Shown here one piece after another: positions 1 through 7,558 of a stretch of 64,000 nt of DNA (position 1 is the first letter of the stretch; every line of letters starts with the position of its first letter). The stretch is from an uncultured Planctomycetota bacterium (GTDB lineage Bacteria; Planctomycetota; Planctomycetia; Pirellulales; Lacipirellulaceae), in assembly GCA_963719315.1 (NCBI GenBank), contig CAVRBU010000002.1:1568001-1632000 (forward strand), written 5' to 3'. A model generated the notes under the pieces. The model ran no database searches. It was not told the origin of the DNA and saw nothing but the letters and a program-made list of their open reading frames with translations. The translations under genes and the position numbers were made by a program.

Positions 1-430
1 TAAAATCCTCGTCGATCCCCTGGAAGCCGGCCGCGATCACGATCTTGCCGTCATCGAGCAGCTTCTTCATGCGCTCGGTCGAGATCGATTGAATGCGGGC
101 CTTCGTGTGCGAGCTATCCGTGCGAATACCGATCTGAGCGCCCGTCAGGCTGACAGCTTCAGCGCCCAGCGAGTGAATCGCCATCGCCATGAGGGCCACG
201 CTCACCTGCTCGCCGGTCGAGAGGAGCATATCCATCTCGCGGCCGGAGGGATCGTCGGTGATCTGCTTGGCGAGGTCCACCAGCACATCAGTCTGGTGCC
301 CCATCGCGCTCACGACCATCACCACCTGGTTGCCACTTTGTTGCCGGCGAATCGCCCGCCGCGCAGCCGCGCGAATCTTCTCCGCATTAGCAACACTCGT
401 GCCGCCGAATTTTTGTACGATTAATGACAT
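1..430 (-). CDS. lysC: Aspartate kinase, N-terminal part (runs off the window edge)
   Basis: Manual minus-strand translation from ATG at 430: [20 protein letters not shown]...[12 protein letters not shown]...[14 protein letters not shown]...VIAAGFQG, the standard aspartokinase motifs. Not in the ORF track. Confidence 0.95.
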   Translation of the reverse strand, partial: MSLIVQKFGGTSVANAEKIRAAARRAIRRQQSGNQVVMVVSAMGHQTDVLVDLAKQITDDPSGREMDMLLSTGEQVSVALMAMAIHSLGAEAVSLTGAQIGIRTDSSHTKARIQSISTERMKKLLDDGKIVIAAGFQGIDEDF

Positions 431-450
431 CTCTTTTTCTGAATTGAAGG

Positions 451-578
451 AAACCGCCAAGAACGCCAAGGAAGACTATGAGCGTCTAACAATATGAACC
501 GCCAAGTTACCAAGGACGCCAAGTAAGACAGAGGCTATCAATGTATTTCCTTGGCGACCTTGGCGTTCTTGGCGGTTT
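451..578. repeat. Cluster of CGCCAAG-type 9-nt periodic repeats: two forward arms (451-473, 495-523) and one inverted arm (547-578)
   Basis: aaaccgccaagaacgccaagg (451-471) is the exact reverse complement of ccttggcgttcttggcggttt (558-578). Confidence 0.9.
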
Positions 579-599
579 AAATTCATTTTGTTATACGGT

Positions 600-992
600 C
601 TAACTTTGGGTAAGCACAATTCGCTTTATACCATCCTTTAGCAGCACAACGTGAAAGTTAATGATCAATCCAAGTCGCAAATTGCTCATCTTCAGATAGT
701 GAATTACTTTCGCCGGGTAAATCGGGTGAATTGATTCTACGGCCTTCAATTCGAGGACCAACTCACCTCCGACAAGAAAATCCAACCGTGAATCGCCAAC
801 GGCTATGCCTTTGAACTGCAATACCATCGGCTTCTGTCGCTCGTAGGGAATTCCTCTAAGGTCAAACTCGATCGCTAATGCCTCTTCATAAACTGATTCC
901 AAGAATCCTGGTCCAAGAATGCGATGTACTTCAATTGCCGCGCCAATAACTTTATGAGCCAAATCATCGACTCTTGAACTCGGCTCATCCAT
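600..992 (-). CDS. GxxExxY protein (PD-(D/E)XK nuclease superfamily)
   Basis: 130 aa with IGAAIEVHRILGPGFLESVYEEAL (GxxExxY), RLDFLV...LELKAV and YLK...GLIINF. AGGAG RBS upstream. Visibly more AT-rich than its neighbours. Confidence 0.95.
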   Translation of the reverse strand: MDEPSSRVDDLAHKVIGAAIEVHRILGPGFLESVYEEALAIEFDLRGIPYERQKPMVLQFKGIAVGDSRLDFLVGGELVLELKAVESIHPIYPAKVIHYLKMSNLRLGLIINFHVVLLKDGIKRIVLTQS

Positions 993-1022
993 TGATCTTT
1001 CTATTCTCCTGCATTCTTATTG

Positions 1023-1053
1023 CCTTGGCGTCCTTGGCGTACTTGGCGGTTCA
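1023..1053. repeat. Inverted CGCCAAG-type repeat arm overlapping the stop codon of the apgM-like gene
   Basis: ccttggcgtccttggcgtacttggcggttca is a near reverse complement of 495-523. Confidence 0.9.
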
Positions 1054-2271
1054 CTTCTTCCCGACAAACCACGGCATCACGTTCCAACCTTCTTCAAACG
1101 CCAACTTCGATTTCGCCGCGTTCGTATCACCGTAGGCAGTGAACTCATCCGCCGCGATGCCTGTGCCGGCCATCGCCACCGGTACGTTGCCGTGCGTGTG
1201 GACCTTCGTTCGCAGGAACGTCGGGTGATCGGGCGAGATCATGATCCGCCAATCGCCGTGGGACCTGAGCGCATCGACCAGCGGGCCGACCACGTGCCGA
1301 TCGATTTCTTCGATCGCCTTCACCTTCTCATCGCAACGGCCTTCGTGCGAGGCCTCGTCCGAGGCCTCGACGTGGACGCACACAATATCGTATTGGTTGA
1401 GGGCCGCCACGCCAGCCCGGCCCTTGGCCGCGTAGTCGGTATCCAAATAGCCGGTCGCCCCGGGCACCTCGATTCGGTCCCAGCCCACGAGGGCCGCGAT
1501 GCCTCGCAGGAGATCCACGGCCGTAATCATCGCTCCACGCGGCCCGTATTCGTCCGCAAAAGCCCGTAGCCGCGGGGCCTGGCCCAGCCCCCACAGCCAC
1601 ACGTTCGTCGCCCGGTCCTTGCCGGCCGCCTGCAGCGCCGCATTCACCGGATGATCGCGAAATACGTCGATGCTAGCGGCCATCAGGTCGCACAAAACGT
1701 CGCTCCCCGGTCCGCGCGGGTGATCTTCCAGCACCGATTGATCCGTGATGTCATGCGGTGCCCGCGTCCGCGTATCGCCGGTGAACGGAGCCGGCAGCTT
1801 CGCCCCACGCCACAGCAGCAAGTTGCGATAGCTTACGCCCGGCACAAATTCGATCGCCCCGCGATACTTCGGATCGCTCGCAATCTTTTCTTGCGCCGTC
1901 TTGAGCAGCTTCGTCGCGTCTTCGGTCGAAATGTGATCGGCCGTGAAGTCGCGCATGATTTGGTCTTCGATCGTCACCAGATTGCATCGCACGGCCCAAT
2001 CCGCCGGCCCCAGTTTGAACCCTTGCGCCGCCGCTTCCATCGGCGCCCGGCCCGTAAAATTCTCGAATGGGTTGTAGCCCAACAAACTGAGGTTCCCTAT
2101 CTCCGATCCCGCCGGCAGCGCCTTCGGTGTATGACAAGCCCGCGCAACCACCCCCATCGCTGCCACGCGATCCATATTCGGTGTCTGCGCAGCCTCCAGC
2201 GGCGTCCTTCCGCCCAGCGCTTCCTGCGGCTCATCCGCCGCGCCATCCGGAATTACGATTGCGTATTTCAT
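1051..2271 (-). CDS. apgM: Cofactor-independent phosphoglycerate mutase family protein (ApgM-like; proposed homoserine kinase subfamily)
   Basis: MKYAIVIPDGAADEP...TPLEAAQTPNMD, GSEIGNLSLLGY, GRAPMEAAA, DEASHEG and SPDHPT metalloenzyme motifs. Lies between hom and lysC. Confidence 0.88.
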   Translation of the reverse strand: MKYAIVIPDGAADEPQEALGGRTPLEAAQTPNMDRVAAMGVVARACHTPKALPAGSEIGNLSLLGYNPFENFTGRAPMEAAAQGFKLGPADWAVRCNLVTIEDQIMRDFTADHISTEDATKLLKTAQEKIASDPKYRGAIEFVPGVSYRNLLLWRGAKLPAPFTGDTRTRAPHDITDQSVLEDHPRGPGSDVLCDLMAASIDVFRDHPVNAALQAAGKDRATNVWLWGLGQAPRLRAFADEYGPRGAMITAVDLLRGIAALVGWDRIEVPGATGYLDTDYAAKGRAGVAALNQYDIVCVHVEASDEASHEGRCDEKVKAIEEIDRHVVGPLVDALRSHGDWRIMISPDHPTFLRTKVHTHGNVPVAMAGTGIAADEFTAYGDTNAAKSKLAFEEGWNVMPWFVGKK

Positions 2272-2276
2272 TTTTG

Positions 2277-2353
2277 AAGTCGTATGATGTTTGGCACAAG
2301 TCGCAAGTAGGGAACTCCGATGCTTACGACTTACGCCTTAAACCTTACACCTA
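2277..2353. repeat. 7-nt periodic repeat (CTTACxx x4 at 2323-2350) with a degenerate inverted partner (2277-2310)
   Basis: cttacga-cttacgc-cttaaac-cttacac immediately follows the reconstructed hom stop codon. Confidence 0.7.
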
Positions 2354-3645
2354 ATCTCTGACCCACATCCGCACTGTCTCTCCGCGCACCGGCTGTAGTT
2401 GGTCGATCGCCTCGCACGCTGCGCGGCCGCCCCTTCAGTCGTTTCGTGCGTCATGATCACCAGCGACACCACGCCCTTAGCCTCCAGCGGCTCGTGCTGC
2501 AGCACGGAGGCGATTGAGATGTTCTGAGTGCCGAGCGCCGCCGTCACTTGCGATAGCACGCCCGGATGGTCTTCGACCATCACCCGCAAATAAAACTTGG
2601 CACGGGCCGCGTCGCTCGGCGCCGCGGTAACGCGCGCCTGTCGATTCGACCACAGCTCTAACGTGCGGAACGTGATCGCCGTGCGGCCCACCGCTGTGTC
2701 GATGATGTCGGCCATCACGGCCGACGCCGTCGGCATTTGACCGGCCCCCTGGCCATAAAAAAATAGCGGTCCGACTGCATCGCCCTCGACTCGAATTGCA
2801 TTAAATGGCCCGCCAACTTCGGCCAGTGGGCTCCGCGCCCGCACGAGCGCCGGCGAAACATCGAGCTCAAGAGTGTCCTCCACAAGGTCGGCGACCGCCA
2901 TCAGCTTGATTCGGTAGCCCATTTCCTTGGCATAACGCACGTCCGCGATATCCAGCTTGTCGATTCCCGTGCGCGGAATATCCTTCCAATCGACGCGGGC
3001 TCCAAACGCCAGATGCGCTAGAATCGCGAGCTTCTGGGCTGCGTCGCTCCCGTTCACATCGAACGCCGGATCGGCCTCCGCATAACCAAGCCGCTGGGCC
3101 TCGGCGAGCACTTCGGAATACGGCGCGCCCTCGTCGTGCATCTTCGACAGGATGAAGTTGCTTGTGCCGTTGAGGATGCCGTGGAGTGACTTGAGTTGGT
3201 TGGCCGACAAGCATTGACTGATGTTGGCAATGATCGGAATGCCGCCAGCCACCGATGCTTCGAACGCGATCGACCGCCCCAGCTCGCGAGCTCGGTCGAA
3301 CAGCTCCGGCCCGTGCTCGGCCAACAGCGCCTTGTTCGCGGTCACCACGTCCTTGCCGCTTTCCAGCAGCCGGAGCATGATTGTTCGCTCTGGCTCCAAC
3401 CCGCCGATGAGCAGCGCGACGACCTTGATCTCGCGGTTGTTGATGACGTCATCCACGTTGTCCGTCAGCACGCCGCTCGGCAAATCGCAATCGCGGGCCT
3501 TCTTGAGATCGCGAACAACCGCCTTTTCCAGCCACAACGTGCGGCCGGCGTGCCGGGCCGTGCGATCGCCGTGATCCAACAGCAACTTCGCAACGCCCTG
3601 CCCGACGGTGCCCAATCCGATAATCGCGACTTTCGTTTTGTCCAT
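2351..3645 (-). CDS. hom: Homoserine dehydrogenase with C-terminal ACT domain (frameshift near 2420)
   Basis: IIGLGTVGQG, VVTANKALL, FEASVAGGIP, GILNGTSNFIL, GQGAGQMPTASAV and DHPGVLS. The alternative frame gives a natural end, ACEAIDQLQPVRGETVRMWVRD*, at 2351. Confidence 0.95.
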
Positions 3646-3674
3646 GACAATTCAATTTCGAATAGAAACTTCGA

Positions 3675-4454
3675 TCATCGGTTTCCAGTAAGCGTCCGGA
3701 GTGCATCGTGCAGTTCCCGCCGCGTGGTGAGCGAGTATTCGATATCGAACCACACGATCTTGCCGCTAGGATCGAGCACATACGTGCGCGGCAATCGCTC
3801 ACTGCCGACTTGGGCGAAGGCCTTGCCGTCGGCATCCAGCAGATTCGTGAATTTCGCACCGGCTTTCGTCAAAACTTCAGCAGCGCTCGCGGCCGTTTCA
3901 TTCACGGCGATGCCGACCACCGCCACACCATCCTTGCCGAACGGCTCGATCACGTCGGGCCCCAAGTCGGCCAGTTCTTCGTGCGACATTCGGCGATCGC
4001 CCTTCCAATACACAACTACCGTGGCTTTTTTGCCCAACAAGTCGGCCAACTTCGCCGTGCCGCTGCCTCCGACTTGCGGTAGCGCGATTGCCGGCATCGG
4101 ATTGCCGACGTTCACCTTACACAGACCCTCTTCGCGCTTTGTGAAGGCCACCTTGGGCATCTTCGCGGGAGACGTTTCGGCACGAAAAAACGCCGTGTGC
4201 TCCTGGGGGCTCGATTCGTCGGCCGCGGCAGGAGGTGCCGGAACATCGTTAGTTGCTGGTCCAAGCTGTGGCCCGGCAACCGGTTTTTGCGGTGCAGCCT
4301 CCGTCGCTTGCGTGTTCGCCTTCTTCGCTTGCGGCTTCGCGCTCTCAACCGCCGCTGCCGGCGCGGCAGGCTTCGAAACCGGTGCCGAGCAACCAATCGC
4401 CGCCGCGATCAACGCCAAAATACAACTCGTTCTGTAAAGTTTGGCTCGATGCAT
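3675..4454 (-). CDS. Lipoprotein with a TlpA/AhpC-TSA redoxin-like domain
   Basis: Lipobox-like AAIGC, an Ala/Pro linker, then VGNPMPAIALP...LADLLGKKATVVVYW...VVGIAVNE...LLDADG...LPRTYVLDPSGKIVW. Confidence 0.8.
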   Translation of the reverse strand: MHRAKLYRTSCILALIAAAIGCSAPVSKPAAPAAAVESAKPQAKKANTQATEAAPQKPVAGPQLGPATNDVPAPPAAADESSPQEHTAFFRAETSPAKMPKVAFTKREEGLCKVNVGNPMPAIALPQVGGSGTAKLADLLGKKATVVVYWKGDRRMSHEELADLGPDVIEPFGKDGVAVVGIAVNETAASAAEVLTKAGAKFTNLLDADGKAFAQVGSERLPRTYVLDPSGKIVWFDIEYSLTTRRELHDALRTLTGNR

Positions 4455-4486
4455 CAATTCGCTCAATTCAATTTCGGAAGTCTCGC

Positions 4487-4555
4487 AACGAGGCGCAGAG
4501 GAAGCGGAGAGCTAAAACGACTCTCTTTCATCAGAGATCTCTGCACCTATGCGTA
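4487..4555. repeat. Degenerate CGCAGAG-type inverted-repeat element between aspS and the redoxin gene
   Basis: gaggcgcagaggaagcggagag ... ctctgcacctatgcgt; similar to 61301-61375. Confidence 0.55.
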
Positions 4556-4577
4556 ACCTGATTCTCCAGCCCTTAGT

Positions 4578-6356
4578 CTAAAGGTCTATCTTAATCCCCA
4601 GTTCCTTGAGCTGCTTCGTCTCCACTGCGCCCGGGGCGCCCGTCATGAGGTCGCTCGCCCGCTGCGTTTTGGGAAAGGCGATACAGTCGCGAATGTTGTC
4701 GAGACCGCCGAACAGCATCACCCATCGATCGATGCCGAGCGCGATCCCGCCATGCGGTGGCGCTCCGTACGCGAGCGCTCGCAGCAAGAAGCCAAACCGC
4801 TCCTCGGCCGACTTCTCGTCGATGCCCAGCAGCGAAAACACCTGCTGCTGAATGACGGGATCGTGAATCCGAATCGTGCCTCCCCCCGCCTCGCTGCCAT
4901 TGATCACCAGGTCGTAGGCCTTGGCTCGACACTTGCCCGGGTCCGAACCCAGGATTGCGAAATCCTGATCGCGCGGCGACGTGAACGGATGGTGCATAGC
5001 CACCCACCGCTGCTCCTCCTCGTCGTAGTCGAACATCGGAAACTCGACGACCCAAGAGAAGTGCATCGACTTTGGATCGTACAGCTTCATCTCGGCGCCG
5101 ATTTTTTGCCGCAGCGCGTAAAGTGCCTTGCATGTGACCTTCCACGTGTCGGCCACAAACAGCAGCAAGTCGCCCGGCTCGGCGTTCAACCGCACGCCTA
5201 ATTCCTTCAGCAACTCAGGCTTGAAATTCTTCGCAATGGTCGATTGCAGCGTGCCATCGGCCTCGACTTTGAACCACGCCAGGCCCTTCGCGCCGAACGC
5301 CGCAACATACTCCGTGAGCGCGTCGATGCCCCGCCGCGAATAATGCTCGCCACCTTTTTTCGCGTTGATGGCCCGCACGCGCCCGCCGCTCGCCGCCACG
5401 CTCGCGAACACGCGGAAGTCGCTCTTCGCCGTGAGGTCCGTGCAATCGACCAGCTCCAGGCCGAACCGCAAATCGGGCGCGTCGTGGCCGAACCGCTCCA
5501 TCGCCTCGTCATACGTCATCCGCGGCAACGGCAGCTTCACATCGAGCTTCAGCTCCTGCTTCGCCAGTTTCTGCACCAGGCCGTCGATCACGCCGATCAC
5601 ATCGTTCGCATCGATGAACGACATTTCGAGATCCAGTTGCGTGAATTCCGGCTGCCGATCTGCCCGCAAGTCCTCATCGCGGAAGCAACGGGCCACCTGC
5701 ACGTAACGATCGTAGCCCGCCATCATCAGAATTTGCTTGTAAAGCTGCGGCGATTGCGGCAACGCGTAAAACGATCCGCGACTCACGCGGCTTGGCACCA
5801 AGTAGTCGCGTGCCCCCTCGGGCGTGCTGCGGCCCAGCACCGGCGTTTCGACATCGATGAAATTCAGCCCTGCGAAATAATCCCGCATCCCCTTGATGAT
5901 CCGGTCGCGCAACATCAACGTCTGCTGCATCACCGGCCGGCGCAGGTCGAGATACCGATGCTCCAATCGCAACTCCTCGTTCGGCATGTCCTGCGCGTTC
6001 GCATTCGGCGACACCGGCGGCGTGAGGCTCTTGTTGAGCAACTTGAAGCCGGTGACGCGCAGCTCAATTTGCCCCGTCGCCAGTTTCGCATTGGCCATCC
6101 CGCTCGGCCGCTCGGCAACCTTGCCGGTCACCTGAATCACGTACTCTGCCCGCAGCGTTTTGCTTTCGTCGATGATCGGCTGCGATGTATCGGGCGGGTT
6201 GAACACAACCTGCGTCATGCCGTATCGATCGCGGAGATCGACGAACAGGCCGCCGCCGTGGTCGCGGTAGCTGTCGACCCAGCCGCAGAGTGTCGCTTCC
6301 TTGGCAATGAGTTCGCGGCGCAATTCACCGCACGTATGAGTTCGCAGCACAGGCAT
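4578..6356 (-). CDS. aspS: Aspartate--tRNA ligase
   Basis: RTHTCGELR, STPEGARDYLVP, ALPQSPQLYKQ, CFRDEDLRADRQPEFTQLD and GAPPHGGIALGIDR. Confidence 0.98.
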   Translation of the reverse strand: MPVLRTHTCGELRRELIAKEATLCGWVDSYRDHGGGLFVDLRDRYGMTQVVFNPPDTSQPIIDESKTLRAEYVIQVTGKVAERPSGMANAKLATGQIELRVTGFKLLNKSLTPPVSPNANAQDMPNEELRLEHRYLDLRRPVMQQTLMLRDRIIKGMRDYFAGLNFIDVETPVLGRSTPEGARDYLVPSRVSRGSFYALPQSPQLYKQILMMAGYDRYVQVARCFRDEDLRADRQPEFTQLDLEMSFIDANDVIGVIDGLVQKLAKQELKLDVKLPLPRMTYDEAMERFGHDAPDLRFGLELVDCTDLTAKSDFRVFASVAASGGRVRAINAKKGGEHYSRRGIDALTEYVAAFGAKGLAWFKVEADGTLQSTIAKNFKPELLKELGVRLNAEPGDLLLFVADTWKVTCKALYALRQKIGAEMKLYDPKSMHFSWVVEFPMFDYDEEEQRWVAMHHPFTSPRDQDFAILGSDPGKCRAKAYDLVINGSEAGGGTIRIHDPVIQQQVFSLLGIDEKSAEERFGFLLRALAYGAPPHGGIALGIDRWVMLFGGLDNIRDCIAFPKTQRASDLMTGAPGAVETKQLKELGIKIDL

Positions 6357-6467
6357 CCTCGCTAGTAAATTCGTAATCCGGCGATTGTAATGGCACCGCC
6401 AAAAATGGGCTAGGCCACGGCCTTTTCTACCGCGTTATAGTGCCCTCGCACCCCATCCGTTTGCGGC

Positions 6468-7544
6468 TTAGCGCGAACTCTGCAACCACTCCCCCAGCCG
6501 CCGCATCCCCTCCGCCGTCGATACCCGCGGCTCGTAACCAAAATCGCGCCGCGCCGCCCCGATATCAAACCAATGCGACCTGCTCAACTGCGAAGCCAAG
6601 AACCGCGTCATTGGCGGCTCCGCGGAAAGCCCCAGCGTCCCGTACAACACCTCGTAAGCCCGACCAACTCGTTGCGCCGTTCTAAACGAAGCACTCTTGC
6701 GAACCGGCGGCAAATCCACCAGCGCCAAAATCTCATCGATCCACGTCCAACAATTCACCGGCTCACCCTGGCTAATAAAATACGCTTTCCCCCCCGGCGA
6801 GGTCGCTTCAGCTACCGGGGTCGCGTCCGTTGTGAGCGGGTCTCCCGACCCCGCACAACCGCCGACCGTAGGTCTCCCAAATTCCAGCGAATCCGCCGCC
6901 TGAACATGCGCGGCCGCTGCATTCTCGACATAGGTAATGTCCACAAGGTTCGTGCCCTCCCCCACCCGCCGCAACCGCCGGGACCGAGCCCGGGCCAGCA
7001 ATCGCGGAATAAGATGCGTATCCCGCGGCCCCCAAATCAAGTGCGGCCGCAGCGAGCAGGTATGGAACTCATCGCAATTGGCCGCCAGCACGGCCTGTTC
7101 GGCTCGCGCCTTGGTATCCGAATAGAACGCGCGGTTCGTTTCCATCCAGCCAAAGTCATAAGGCGCTGATTCGTCGATGCCACATTGATCGACGCCGGCA
7201 AACACGACGCTTGGGCTGCTCGTATAGACAAACCGCTTCACGCCGCAACGCCACGCGTTCGAAAGAAGCAATTCTGTGCCGGTACGATTGACAGCCTCAT
7301 ACGCGTCGCGATGAAGTCCGATTCCCGGCAACGCGGCGGCGTGAAACACGCACTCAATTCCCTCACACACCTTCGCCAAGGCAGCGCTGTCGCGGATGTC
7401 GCCGCGCACGACCTCGACTCCCGCAGCTTCGAGTTGCGGATACGCGCTCCGACCAAAGCTCCGCACGCAATCACCGCGCGCAACGAGTGCTTCAACGATG
7501 TACCCACCCAGAAACCCGCCGCCGCCAGTAACAAGTGCCTGCAT
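6468..7544 (-). CDS. oleD: NAD-dependent epimerase / 3-beta-HSD family protein, OleD-like reductase
   Basis: TGGGGFLG, YTSSPSVVF, YSDTK (YxxxK) and LRPHLIWGPRD. Directly downstream of an OleC-like gene. Confidence 0.75.
   Translation of the reverse strand: MQALVTGGGGFLGGYIVEALVARGDCVRSFGRSAYPQLEAAGVEVVRGDIRDSAALAKVCEGIECVFHAAALPGIGLHRDAYEAVNRTGTELLLSNAWRCGVKRFVYTSSPSVVFAGVDQCGIDESAPYDFGWMETNRAFYSDTKARAEQAVLAANCDEFHTCSLRPHLIWGPRDTHLIPRLLARARSRRLRRVGEGTNLVDITYVENAAAAHVQAADSLEFGRPTVGGCAGSGDPLTTDATPVAEATSPGGKAYFISQGEPVNCWTWIDEILALVDLPPVRKSASFRTAQRVGRAYEVLYGTLGLSAEPPMTRFLASQLSRSHWFDIGAARRDFGYEPRVSTAEGMRRLGEWLQSSR
6831..6878. repeat. REP-like palindrome inside the oleD-like CDS
   Basis: tgtgagcgggtctcccgaccccgcaca forms a hairpin, followed by cgaccgtaggtctcc. 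Confidence 0.6.
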
Positions 7545-7558
7545 GTGCCTGATGCTTT

